Source: Chiloscyllium plagiosum
Taxonomy: Eukaryota
Assembly: GCF_004010195.1 (NCBI RefSeq)
Contig: NC_057718.1
Location: forward strand, 82,539,848 to 82,603,847
Direction: 5' to 3'
Length of the DNA: 64,000 nucleotides
Shown here: positions 1 to 12,531 of the stretch, piece after piece
Layout: each line of letters starts with the position of its first letter
Numbering within the stretch: the stretch's first letter is position 1
Program-made: the position numbers and the translations under genes
The notes under the pieces: model-generated
What the model was told of the DNA's origin: nothing
Databases searched by the model: none
What the model saw: only the letters and a program-made list of their open reading frames with translations

Positions 1-1246
1 ACTCCCTACATTTTCCAAAACAGCATACCTGTTTGAAATGGGTATATCCACAAAAGACTCCTGCCCTAGGTGCCTTCCTCTCCTACCCTTCCTGGAGTTA
101 ACCCATCTATGTGACTTTATCTGAGACTTTCCCCCCTTCCTATAACTGCCATCCATCACATACTGTTGCTGTTGCAAATTCCTCATCGCTTCTATCTGTC
201 TCTCCAACCGATCCACTCGATCTGATAAGATTCGCATCCAACAGCATTTATGGCAGTAACCCTTAAACTCTCTTTAAACTGTCGGAGGCTGAGGGGTGAC
301 TTTATAGAGGTTTACAAAATTATTAGGGGCATGGATAGGATAAATAGACAAAGTCTTTTCTCTGGGATCGGGGAGTCCAGAACTGGAGGGCATAGGTTTA
401 GGGTGAGAGGGGAAAGATATAAAAGAGACCTAAGGGGCAATGTTTTCACTTGGGTGGTACGTGTATGAAATGAGGCTGGTACAATTGAAACATTTAAGAG
501 ACGTTTGGATGGGTATATGAATAGGAAGGGTTTGGAGGGATATGGATCGGGTGCTGGCAGGTGGGACTAGATTGGGTTGGGATATCTGGTTGGCATGGAT
601 GGGTTGGACCAAAGGGTCTGTTTCCATGCTGTGACTCTATGACTGTAAGTACATATCACTGCAAAGGCCATTTTTGCTCCTTCACAATATACAGACCCAG
701 AAAATAACACCGTCTTATTCCTCTACAAAACACTGCACCAGGTTAAATTAATAGCTATGGCTTATATTTTAAGTTTAATCAAGAGACTTATCTCCAATCA
801 AGAAAGAACCCACTATACTCACTAATACAGCCTTTCTCTTGGACAGACTTAAAACAACAATTAACTTATCTAATTCTGTGTTGTGAACTTCGCTCAAACC
901 AGTTTCTCCAAGATTAGTTGTGAAATTCACTGTTTGTTAATTTTCCCAGATGCACTCCGATGTCCAGCGACACACGAATTCAAACAGCAAAGGCAGTAAC
1001 TTTTTTTTTCTCTCTCTCTCTCCTGCGCTATCCTCACCATGTGCTTCCTTTGTCTGCTCTTTTCCCTTTTAAAACTGCTGTTGTTTTGACTTTTTTTCCC
1101 AATGTTCCAAAACAATGCAACAGCATATAAAACAGTAATTGCTGCTCCTGGAATTCGAGGAAATCACCTCCAGCACCTAAAATACCTCAAAAAAACGAGC
1201 AGCTCTTACAGCCAGAAATTTCCGTCCTCCATCTTGGATTACCCAG
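1..1246 (-). mobile_element. 5' part of a CR1-clade LINE (5'UTR and ORF1 N-terminus), interrupted by a younger CR1 fragment
   Basis: Minus strand 255..1 reads open: CHKCCWMRILSDRVDRLERQIEAMRNLQQQQ...IPISNRYAVLENVG. The Cys motif, coiled-coil and NRY/FxxL motif are typical of CR1 ORF1. The 650-1246 extent is inferred. Confidence 0.65.
280..645 (+). mobile_element. CR1/HER1-type LINE 3' fragment
   Basis: RRLRGDFIEVYKIIRG ORF2 C-terminus, 3'UTR and ACTCTATG tail. Confidence 0.9.
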
Positions 1247-1249
1247 TAT

Positions 1250-3015
1250 CATCCCTAGGTCCGGATGGGATCCACCCCAGGTTACAGAGGGAAACGAGAG
1301 AGGAAATAGCTGGGGCCTTAACAGATATCTTTGCAACATCCTTGAACATGGGTAAGAACCCGGAGGGTTGGAGAATTGCTAATGTTGTCCCTGTGTTTAA
1401 GAGGGGTAGCAGGGATAATCCAGGTAATTGTAGATTGGAGGGCCTGACATCAGTGGTAGGGAAGCTGCTGGAGAAGATACTGAGGGATAGGGTCTATTTA
1501 CATTTGGAAGAAAATGGGATTATCAGTGATAGGCAGCATGGTTTTGTGCAGGGAAGGTCATGTCTTACTAACTTAATAGAATTCTTTGAGGAAGTGATAA
1601 AGTTGATTGATGAGGGAAGGGCTGTAGATGTCATATACATGGACTTCAATAAGGCGTTTGATAAAGTTTCCCATGGTCGGCTGATGGAGAAAGTGAAGTT
1701 GAATGGGGTCCAGGGTATACTAGCTGATGAATAGAGAACTGGCTGGGTAGTATGGGAGAGAGTAGTAGTAGTGGAAGGGAGTTTCTCAAAGTGGAGACCT
1801 GTGACCAATGATATTCTGCAGGATCCATGTTGGGACCACTGTTGTTTGTGATATACCTAAATGATCTGGGGGAAGGTATAGGTGGTCTGATTAGCAAGTT
1901 TGCAGATGACACTAAGATTGGTGGAGTAGCAGATAGTGAAGGGGACTATCAGAGAATGCAGCAGAATATAGATAGATTGGAGAGTTGGGCAGAGAAATGG
2001 CAGATGGAGTTCAATCCGGGCAAATGCGAGGTGATGCATTTTGGAAGATCCAATTCTAGAGCAATCTATACGGTAAATGGAAAATTGATGTACAGAGAGA
2101 TCTGGGTGTTCAGGTCCATTGTTCCCTGAAGATGGCAACGCAGGTCAATAGAGTGATCAAGAAGGCATACTGCTCGCTTTCCTTCACTGGACTGGTTATT
2201 GAGTACAAGAGTTAGCGGATCATGTTATAGTTGTAAAGGACTTTGGTTCGGCCACATTTGGAATACTGCATACAGTTCTGGTCGCCACATTACCAAAAAG
2301 GTGTGGATGCTTTGGAGAGGGTGCAGAGGAGGTTCACCAGGATGTTGCCTGGTATGGAGGGCGCTAACTATGAAGAGAGGTTGAATAGATTGACATTATT
2401 TTCAATAGAAAGATGGAGGTTGAGGGGGGACATGACTGACATCCTCAAAATCATGAGAGGTATAGACAGAATGGATAGCAAGAAGCTTTTTCCCAAAGTG
2501 GGGGACTCAATTACATGGACTCACAAGTTCAAGGTGAGAGGGGAAATGTTTAAGGGAGATATGTGTGGAAAGTTCTTTACGCAGAGGGTCATGGGGGCCT
2601 GGAATTCATTGCCAGCGGAGGTGTTCAAGACGGGCACAATAGCATAATTTAAGATGTATCTAGACAGATACATGAATGGGCCGGAAGCAGAGCGATACAG
2701 ACCCTTAGAAAATACTAGGGGGTCACAAGTTCAAAGTGAGAATGGAAAAGTTTAAGAGAGATATGCATGGAAAGTTCTTTACACAGAGGGTGGTGGGTCC
2801 CTGGGGCACATTGCCAGCGAAGGTGGTAGAGGCGGGCATGATAGCATCATTTAAGATGTATCTATGCAGATACATGAATGGGCAGGGCGCAGAGGGATTC
2901 AGATCTTTGGAAAATAGGTGACAGGTTTAGATAGAGGACCTGAATCACCACAGGCCTGGAGGGTTGAAGGGCCTGTTCCTGTGCTGTAATTTCCTTTGTT
3001 CTACTTCTTTGTTCT
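1250..3015 (+). mobile_element. CR1 LINE, degenerate ORF2 (reverse transcriptase) and 3' end
   Basis: GPDGIHPR, QHGF..GRSCLTNL, YMDFNKAFDKV, KFADDTK, VRPHLEYCIQFWSP. Contains frameshifts. Confidence 0.95.
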
Positions 3016-3589
3016 TTTTATGAAGTTTAGACTAGGATGACATGGTCTGTCTATTTCTCATTCTCATACACTTTCATCCTATACCTCTTTTGCTTGTTAC
3101 CATCATGCACATACTATCAAGTGCATTCTGTCTGTCCTATAAGCATGTGTTTTTCTCTCTCTTGCTTGAATGAATAATAAAACTGGCTCATGCTTTATTC
3201 TCTCCTTCCTATGACCCTAGGGATGCAGAAACTAATTTAGCACACCTAAAGATGTCCTTGTTGATATCATCAAACTTGTCAGCAATCATCCATTGAAGCT
3301 GCAACCTCCTGAACCTGCCTTTTTCTATTTTAATTGAATTCTGCACTGTTGGCTCTGTAGCCTGTCTGATTGCTGTGCATCCTGATTCACCTTTAAGGAG
3401 CAAAGAAAGTATTTAGTGGGTTGTTGTCATAAACGTCAAGAGTGGAGATGTGGGAAAACTATTTCCTCAAACAGGTGAATATAATGTTAAACATAGAGTT
3501 AGACAAGATCAGCAAGCACACACAAAGGGTAATGAAAAATCTGGCAAACACTGCCCCCAAAACACTGGAGGCATACTGGAACTTTCAAG

Positions 3590-4995
3590 AAGGAGTTCCT
3601 GATAATGAGTAATATATTAGCATGGATTGAGGAATGATTAGCAAACAGAAGACAGAATTGGGGCTAATGGCTTTTTTCCAGGTTGGAAAGTCGTAATTAC
3701 TGGAGTACCACGAGGACTAGGCCTAGAGCCTCAATTATATGCTTTCGACTAATGACTTGGAGGAGTAGGTAGAGTGCCATGTTTCCAGATTTGCTGATAC
3801 AAAAATAAGTGGGACTCGTTTTGTGGCAAGGACATAAGGAATCCACAAGAGGATGTAGGTAGGTTGAATGTGTGGGAAAAAGCTTAGTAGATAGAGTCCC
3901 TATAGTGTGGACACAGACCATTTGGCCTGTCAAATCCATTCCAACCCTCCAAAGAGCATTCCATCCAAACCCTGGGACTCTGCATTTTCCACAGCTAATC
4001 CATCTCACTTGCGTATTCTTGGACATTGTGAGCAATTTACCAAGACCAGTCCAACTAACCTGCACATCTTTGCATCATGGGAGGAAACCCACACAGACAC
4101 AGCACAAATGTGCAAACTTCACACAGGCAGTCACCCGAGGTTGGAATCGAACCCGGGTCCCTGGTACTGTGAGGCAGGAGTGCTGACCACCGAGCCACCA
4201 CACTGCCCGTATGGTGCTTAATGTAGGGAAGTGTGAGGTCGTATACAAGGATCAAAAATCACATTATTATTAAATGGAGACACACTCCAAAATAAGGTGC
4301 AGCGTGTCGGGAACTGAGTGTTCCTGTGAATGGATCAAAATGTTAGCATGAAGTTGCAGCAATTAATCAAGAAGAAAAATGAAGTTTTGGCCTTTATTGT
4401 TAGAGAGTTGGTGCTTAAAAGTAGGGAAGTCTTGTTACCACTTTATAGGGTGTTGGTGCGGACACACCCTGAGGACTGTGTACAGTTTTGGTTCTCTTAT
4501 TTAAGAAAGAACACACTGGAGGTTGTTCAAAAGAGATTCAAATGGGCTTTTTTATGATCTGTAAGGTTCAACCAATGGGGGAATGGCTAAACAAGTTAGG
4601 CAGTTAACTCATTAGAATTTTGAAGAAGCAGGGAGTTATCTTATTGAAATATACAAAATTCTGAGGGAGCTTGACAGAGTAAATGTTGAGAAAATGTTTC
4701 TACCATCTGGGAAATCTTGAAATAGAGGGGATATAGTTCTGCTTTGGGGAGACTCATTTAAAACTGAGATGTGAAGAAATTTATTTTACCAGTGGATAGT
4801 CAATGTCTGGAATTATCTACCCCAGAGAGTTGTGCAAGCTAGATTACTGAAAATATTGAAAGAGGGGTAAGATAGATTTTGCATTATTGGGGATGTGGCA
4901 CAAAGATGTGGTACTTGGCTATTATCTTATTGAATGGGGCGAGGGGGGCAGGCAGGCTTGAGAGTCTGAATTGCCTATTCCTGCTCCTACTTTTT
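3590..4995 (+). mobile_element. Old CR1 LINE fragment interrupted by an HE1 SINE
   Basis: Degenerate RT and C-terminal motifs (LYRVLVRTHPEDCVQFW). 3' tail cctattcctgctcctac. Confidence 0.8.
3885..4208 (-). mobile_element. HE1-like tRNA-derived SINE
   Basis: Minus strand has A box TGGCTCGGTGG, B box GGTTCGATTCC and the body gtctgtgtgaagtttgcac. Confidence 0.85.
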
Positions 4996-4997
4996 AT

Positions 4998-5105
4998 AGG
5001 AGAAAGGACTGCAGATGCTGGAGATCAGAGTTGACAATGGAGTGCTGGAAAAGCACAGCAGGTCAGGCAGCATCCGAGGAGCAGGAGAATCGACGTTTCA
5101 GGCAT
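4998..5105 (-). mobile_element. PLE terminal-repeat fragment with partial hammerhead
   Basis: ggactgcagatgctgg...caggtcaggcagcatcc...gaatcgacgtttcaggcat, same family as 30425. Confidence 0.8.
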
Positions 5106-6731
5106 ATGGTTTTTTTTTGTTGGGTAAGATTATGGAGGGATTTAGAGCAACGATGAGTAAATGGAACTGAGCTGTGAATCTTTTCATGAACTAATTAATC
5201 TTATAGCTGAATGGCTTCCTCCTGAGAGACGTTCAAACTAGCATCCTGGTATAATTATAGCAACACCAAATTATCCACTGAATGGTAAGATGGACTTGCA
5301 GCTTGGTTGTCTTCAATAGCAGTGTTGTTTTTACAGATATTTTAGCGCTGAGATGATTTTTGGACATGACTGACCTTTGACAGCAGCCAAGGTTAAATGG
5401 TTAGAACAGTAATGTTCGGCAGCAGTCTAGTGGATTAGTGCATTAGCATCAGTGAGTGTTAAAAGTCTAGAAGTGCTATGGGGGAGTATTTACTAAAAAA
5501 AAAGACATATTTATGTCGGCCTTTTATGATCTCATTAAATTCCAAGTGGTATTTCAGCTGTTCAGTTATGTTCTTACGTTCCTGAAATGGCACCTGTACG
5601 CTCAGCCTTCTGATTCAGTGAAATAGCTACCACTAAGGCCCAGTTGATACCTTAATCAAAGCACAATTAACCAGCTCACTGGACTATAATATGAAAGAAA
5701 GATTTATATGTATTCAAGTACTTCATTGTATTTGAATTCCTTTATGAAAATATATTTAGTGGTCTGCACTCATTCAGATGGAGTAATTGTGTGGAAATTA
5801 TATTTTAAATACAATTGTTAAGGTTGTGGGAGCAGTGTGTTTGTTCTGGGGCAGGGCTGTGAATTGATGACTGGCCTGTTATTGCAGGGCTCCTCCTGTT
5901 GCCAATCCCAAAGCAAGTGCACTTGGTTTTCCAATCTCTGGATGTGGCAGTAGTCGACTGATACATTTTCACGAGTCAATGGGAAGATACAACGGGAAGG
6001 GAAATAGTTGTGAATCCTGCCAAGGGTTTGTGCTGATGAAGCAGCACATCACAACCCCATATTACAACAGGGATTACACTTCAAAAGTATTTTATTGCCT
6101 CTAAAATTAAATTTGAGGTTGTGAAAGCTGCTACATAATGCAGAAATAGGTTGTTTGTAAAATACTTGTCAACTTTAAACTTCAACTTTGAATCCACACT
6201 TGACAAAACAACGTTGAGATGGAATAAGGAAGCATAATTAATAAAATACCATTTAAATGTTGTTAAGGCCTTCAGCTCTGTCAGAACTCTCAATTCAGCC
6301 GACCTGCTACTCCCATTTTCAGCCTTGAATGAAATGAGGAAACATTACTATAGCATTAACAACATTAGCCTTAATTATTTAAATAAATAGTGTTTTCATA
6401 TGCTTTTTAGAGTTTGCTCCGATCATGTATATCCGAAGTTATCAAATTTAAAATATCACAAGGACTCCATAAATGTCCCATATAAATATAAATTGTGCCT
6501 TTTCACAATATATGCTTATTCCTGTCAGGGCACGTTTAGAATATCCATCAAAGCTCGTGTGCGGCCAGATGTCTATTGCGGTTTGCTGATATTTCTAAAA
6601 TGCCTGGTTGCGCTTCATTCAGACTCCCTGTTTGCAGTGGAAAATAATCACTGCTGAAGGTTTAACCCATGTAGCACTGGTTTTATTTTCCTACAGTCAA
6701 ATACTGATAAATCCAGGCCTAGTTAATTCTT

Positions 6732-6868
6732 AGCTGAAAATGTGTTGCTGGAAAAGCGCAGCAGGTCAGGCAGCATCCTGTTCCCTGGATGCTGCCTGAC
6801 CTGTTGCGCTTTTCCAGCAACACATTTTCAGCTCTGACCTCCAGCATCTGCAGCCCTCACTTTCTCCT
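6732..6868. mobile_element. Fold-back PLE-derived short element with 18-bp TSD
   Basis: Inverted arms of about 47 bp. Flanking direct repeat cctagttaattcttagct at 6718-6735 and 6869-6886. Confidence 0.85.
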
Positions 6869-8466
6869 CCTAGTTAATTCTTAGCTTATCCACCGTCTAA
6901 AACATTCTCTGAGCAGTCCTGTTCAGTATGACAAGGGCAGTAGGCTGTTAGCAGTTGACTACCTCCAGGTTCCCAATCAAGTAACACGCCAGCACATTTC
7001 TGATTGTTCGTACGATGTCCATATTGCCCATCCCTTAATTGTCCAAGGGCAGTTAAAAGTCAGTTACATTACTGTGGATTGGAGACACCTGTAGGATGAT
7101 TTTGTTCCCTAAAGGGCATTGGTGTGAGAGCTAGTTTTATTTAACAGCAATTGACATTGTTATACATGTCACCATTTGGCTGGTCTTGTATTGTAAATTT
7201 TTATGGAATTCAAATTTCATCGTTGCCTTAAGTCCTCAAAACATTAGCCTCATGTCCTGGATTGCTAGCCCAATGTCATTACCACTGCGTTACCATCTCC
7301 CAATATGTTGCTGTTGATTTATTGTTGCCTGAACGTCCTGGAAATGCCTACCTGATAGTATTGTGGGTATACCCTTGGTGTGTGGATGATAAGGGGTCAT
7401 AGCCACCACCTCAAGAGCTTAGACAAAATATCTGCTGTTTATTTGGAAGGCAAAAAGCTATTACTGAAATATTGAGCAACATATAGAACAGCTAGCTGCA
7501 CCTTTTAAATCCACTCAATTTAGTATTGTTTAACATAAACTCCATTTATAATAAGTACTACATTCAACAAGGCACAGGTCCAACCTAAATATTAAGTATC
7601 TGTTGCTGTCTTTGTGATGTTTTTATTTGACCTGTTAGGTGATTAAAATTGTCCACTAGATTTTGTATATTGCAGTAGCTAATCATCAAAAGGCATTGCA
7701 TTGGCTGTGAAGTGATTCCATGTTATGAATGGTGCTATATAAGTGCAAGTTTTCTGTTAGATTCAAATAATGCTTTTCAAAAGATTTCATGTAATGCCAA
7801 TTAATGATGGAAATACAGCAATAAGCTATTCCATTGTATATAAATCAGGGATCCTTTATTTTGGAAGATTACCTCAAGATTTTCTCCAGGGCTATTTCTT
7901 GATTTTACGGGGCTGCTTTTTCATTGTCATAACTGATGTATTATGTGATACAGTCACATCTCATTAGCGGGGCTTATCTGACACAATCGGCTGAATGTCA
8001 CGAGGTCGTACAGCACCTGCTCCAGTTGCAGTTCTGATGGTTCTGCTACCTCCTTCCCCTCAGTTTGGCCAAGGTCTGTGCCACGCATCAGGTAACATGA
8101 GATTTAAAAAAAGAGGTAAACCTGTAGAAATGCTAGAACCAGTAGATTGAATGTAGGAGAAAAGATAAGTTAGTGTTTTGTTGTAGATCAGGTGGCTCTG
8201 CTGGCTTGTTTCCAGTATTTTCTCTGTTTAAATAAAATATTGTTGTCTTCCTATCTGAACTGTAGATGTTAGCTACCACCTGATAGCACTATGGAAATGC
8301 AGTGGATTAACAAAAGAAAGTGCTTCTGTTTAGCCCTGAATTTGTATAGCCTCAGGTGTATGTGTCGGTGCACTTCCACGTTCCAGATAGTCTCGAATTA
8401 AAGCAAGGTAATTGTTTTGCTTTCTCTCCCCATCTTTCCTCCTTACCCTGTCTTCCTCTCTGTAGT

Positions 8467-8794
8467 CATGATTCGGCGATGCCGGTGTTGGACTGGGGTG
8501 TACAAAGTTAAAAATCTCACAATGCCAGGTTATAGTCCAACAGGTTTAATTGGAAGCACACTAGCTTTCGGAGCGACGCTCCTTCATCAGGTGGTTGTGG
8601 AGGGCTCGATCGTAACACAGAATTTATAGCAAAAATTTCAGTGTGATGTAACTGAAATTATACATTGAAAAATTGATTGTCTGTTAAGCCTTTCATCTGT
8701 TAGAATACAGTTAGAAGGAGTGTCGCTCCAAAAGCTAGTGTGCTTCCAATTAAACCTGTTGGACTATAACCTGGTGTTGTGTGATTTTTAACTT
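8467..8794. mobile_element. Fold-back hammerhead-bearing element (probably PLE-derived) with about 15-bp TSD
   Basis: Inverted arms about 8505-8584 and 8715-8794. Direct repeat cttcctctctgtagt at 8452-8466 and 8792-8806. Confidence 0.8.
8559..8593 (-). ncRNA. Minimal hammerhead ribozyme motif (intact core)
   Basis: Minus strand reads CAC-CUGAUGA-A-GGAGC-GUC-GCUCC-GAAA-G-CUA|GUG. Stem I CAC/GUG, perfect stem II, palindromic AGCU in place of stem III. Confidence 0.8.
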
Positions 8795-9074
8795 CCTCTC
8801 TGTAGTGATTGGAACCAAGTAGACCTCATTGACTTATGAGGTCTGTTGATTGGGGTTATTAACCTGGGCCGATCAGGAAAACCCTGTCTGACCAAAATAA
8901 CCAGGACATTAGAATCTCTTCGGAAAAAAGAACAAGAAAAAAATGAAACAAAATACAGAACCAGGAGATTAGATTCTCCTCAGTTTGACTGACTCTGAGC
9001 TGGCTGGTAACAGCCAGTGTACTGTGCACTAGTAAATAAAGATTGACTTGGTGACGGATACCAGCCTCGGTGCA

Positions 9075-9330
9075 GTTATTTCATTCTCGCTTTTTCTCCA
9101 GTCTACATTTTCCCCTCCATCTTCTCCATCTCTGTCTGTTCTTTCTCACTTTCTCTCATTTTCTTTCTCCTTTCCCCATCTCCTCTCTCTTCCCTCTTCT
9201 CGCCTCCTCCATCTTCCTTTTCTTCTCTCTCACTCCTTCTTTTCCACCTCTCTTTTGTCCGACCACAGTCCTCCACTCTTATTCCTTCATATACTCATCC
9301 TTCATCTCTGTTTATCCATTCCATTACTGA
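9075..9330 (+). repeat. CT-rich low-complexity tract
   Basis: About 250 nt almost entirely pyrimidine. Confidence 0.85.
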
Positions 9331-10327
9331 GCACCTTCTGAAACGCTTTGAAAATTGTTCATGTTTCTTCACTGACCTTAATATTTAGAAAGGCAAGGGT
9401 AGCTTTATAGTTAAATTAATTTGATGGTGTCTGCTTTTCATATGCTGATGTTTACCCAATGAATGAAGAGCTGGAAATTAGTCTTGGTTGGTGGAGTAAT
9501 ACAGGCAATACCTGTTCAGCCATTGATTGTAGTGGAACTGGTTATTAGACATTGGATATAATAAGCATCCAATTCGATACCAAGTGTAATATGCCTTAGC
9601 CCAAGGCAAACCTCTCCCCATGGTGTGTACAGGCAATTAGCTGACTCCCTATGCAGGTATGCTCTGTGACTTCTGCTAAGGTGATAACGTATGGTGAGAT
9701 AGATGCTCCAGTTCACTTGGGTCCTCATGGTGTAGTGGTTGTGTCCCTCCTTCTGAGCTAGGAGGCCTAGGTTCAGTCTTTGGGGTATGTCTTATAACAT
9801 CTCTGAACGGCTTGGTTAGAAAATATCCTACTGCATCATCACACTCAAACATTTTTTTATATTGTTTTCCACCAAAGGAACAGCCAGAAATTTATCTTAA
9901 TGCTTGTCATGAAACAAAAATTAAGACAAGGAAAGGTTGATACAAGCCGTTTTAAAATAATGAGAGATAGGCAAAAGGAGAGATTAATAAAAGCAAAAAG
10001 ATGTTGAAAGTCAGTTGGGAGAGCATGTTATTGAAAGCCACCGTGAGTTTAAATAATACAGAATTTGTTTGCTTGCCGACACATGTTGGAACGGTTTCTG
10101 TAACACTCAGAGCAATCGCAAGCTGCTGGAGGACTTCCCAATGTCCTTTGTAATGACAGCTGACCAACTTGCTTTCCCTGCCAAACAGTGGCAAAGAATG
10201 AGTTGCAGTACAGCACAAGCTTTCGGTACAATAACTCAGTCAGCCTCAGGCACAGTCCCTGCTTCCATGCAGATCTTTTGATTAGTATGCCCACTCAAAT
10301 GAGCTATAATTTCCTTTAACTCGTGAG

Positions 10328-10470
10328 TGAAAACAGAAATTGTTAGAAAAACTCAGCAGATCTGACAGCATCTCTAGAGAGAAAGCAGAGTTAACATTTT
10401 GGGTCCAGCGACTCTTTTTCAGAACTGTTCTTCTTTCTGATTTTTGCATTCGCTGTTCTTTGTTTTATTT
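10328..10470 (-). mobile_element. PLE terminal-repeat unit with degenerate hammerhead (10389-10426)
   Basis: Minus strand AGTT-CTGAAAA-AGAGTC-GCTG-GACCC-AAAAT-GTT-AACT. Confidence 0.7.
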
Positions 10471-11315
10471 ATAGTCAAAGACCACCTGCCTCCACTTCTA
10501 ATATAATGTCCATCACTACAATAGTCATCTTCAGTGGCTCGTCTGACCTGAAACACTCATCCCGTTCTGTCACCAAATTGCAACTATTCTAATGCTTTCC
10601 TGAATTGCTTCCTTCTCAAGCCTGAATTCATAAGCAAAACTGATGCCTGTATTCCAAGTCCTGCTTATCTCTCATCCTTGAGCTTGCTGACAGACCTATG
10701 ATTCACTTCTCATCCTCATAAGCTGTGAGCTTTCATATTAGTAGATGAGCACAAATCAGGACAGTATACATTTCCCGAATATGGTTGGGATAGTTTTTCT
10801 GTCACAAAATCCAGCCTACATTCAAATTAGCCATTGAAATGGAACCATCAGATGAGAAATCTGATGGTCGCAGCCATTATCTACATTGTTGGGCTTATTA
10901 ATTGTTGGGATTCCTCCAGTTCCAAGCGCTACAAGATTATTCTTATGAATAGGGCCCTTACTGTCTGGTCATAATGCCAGCTTGATGCTGAGTTAAGGTA
11001 TCTCATACCCTGATCAAGTAATCATTTGCTTTATATTGTGAAAACTCAGGAAAGAGCCTATGTCCAGTACCTTTGTCCCTGCTTGGTGTCTGGTGCACCT
11101 CAGTTTACCCTGGGTGGAGAAGATGTGTGAAGAATGTGAACAACAGGTAGAACTAGCTGTCTCACACTTCTATTTTGCAACAAAGCTTTAAATGGTTTTC
11201 TTCACTAACATGATGCTGCCATGAAGCCAAACCAATAAGTAGTATGATATGAGTTTCAGTGCCACTGTGGTGACAAGCATGTCCTAATGACTGGCAGACC
11301 ATATCAAAAAACATG

Positions 11316-11447
11316 ACGAAACTGAGGACTGCAGATGCTGGAGATTAGAGTCGAGAGTGTGTGGTGCTGGAAAAGCACAGCAGGTCAGGCAGCATCTGAG
11401 GAGCAGGGGAATCGACGTTTTGGGCAAAAGCCCTTCACTAGGAATCT
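11316..11447 (-). mobile_element. PLE terminal-repeat monomer with 16-bp TSD and degenerate hammerhead
   Basis: TSD catatcaaaaaacatg at 11300-11315 and 11448-11463. The unit ends at ggaat, the stem I strand. Confidence 0.85.
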
Positions 11448-11909
11448 CATATCAAAAAACATGTCTCATTAGACATTTGCAATGGACAGCATACCATTCG
11501 TGTTCAACCAGCCTGTGTTTGCAAGCTTCAGAGCACTATGTCCACCATTAAATGTGATTTTAGTTTTGAATAACACTTACAAAGTGATCTGGACAGTGCT
11601 GAAGCTTACACTAGAAACCAATTTAAGATTATCAGTCAGGCATGCAGTGCTATGCATTTGTGCATACTAGATGCAATGTGCGTTAACACACAGGATCGTA
11701 TGTCATGTAGTCTAAAGGAATTTGTATGTGCATTACAGCTTTCTCATTAGAACAAAAAGCAGTCATGGAGACTGCCAATCACTGCTACATTCCCATGGCA
11801 ATACCCTAACCAATCAGTCTTTCTACCAGGTCTGAGAACTAAGATTCTTGACACAATCAATGTCCATCCTCTTCTCATGCTGTTTAAAACAAAAAGTGTC
11901 TCTTTTGTT

Positions 11910-12465
11910 ATAGAGTCATACAGCATGGAAACAGACTCTTCGGTAACCAACCAGCCCATGCCGGACATGATCCCAAACTAAACTAGCTCCCCCAGCCTGT
12001 TCCTGGCTCATATCCATCCAAACCTTTCCTATTCATGTATCCATCCAAATGTCTTTTATACGTTGAAATTGTACCCGCATCCACCACTTCTTCAGGAAGT
12101 TCATTCCACATGTGAACCACCCTGTGTGTAAAAATAAATGCCTCTTATGTCTTTTTAAAATTCCTCTCCTGTCATCTTAAAAATGTGTCCCCTAGTTTTG
12201 AAATCCCCCATCTTAGGGAAAAGACAACTACCATCAACTCTATCTATACCTCTCATTATTTATCTATACCTCTCATTATTTAATAAACCTCATCTCTCAA
12301 TCTCCTACGCTCCAGTGAAAAATGTCCCAGCTTTTCTTTATAATTCAAACCTTCCATACCCGGCAACATCCTGGTAAATCTCTTCTGAACCCTCTCCAGA
12401 TTGATAATATTCTTCCCACAACTGGGCAACCAGAACTGGACACAGTATTCCAGAAGAGGCCTCAC
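11910..12465 (-). mobile_element. CR1/HER1 LINE 3' fragment
   Basis: RPLLEYCVQFW...LERVQKRFTRMLPG on the minus strand. Tail at about 11910. Confidence 0.9.
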
Positions 12466-12531
12466 CTATGTGCTCAACAGAACATCCTAACTCCTATATT
12501 CAATGAAGTCGCTGAGTCATAGGCACTTCTA

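Noticed and set aside
8064..8091. Possible cassette exon (cctcAG...cagGTaaca)
   Set aside because: It is 28 nt, frame-shifting and has no recognisable homology.
9048..9341. Hydrophobic or Ser/Leu-rich ORFs
   Set aside because: They are translations of a CT-rich low-complexity tract.
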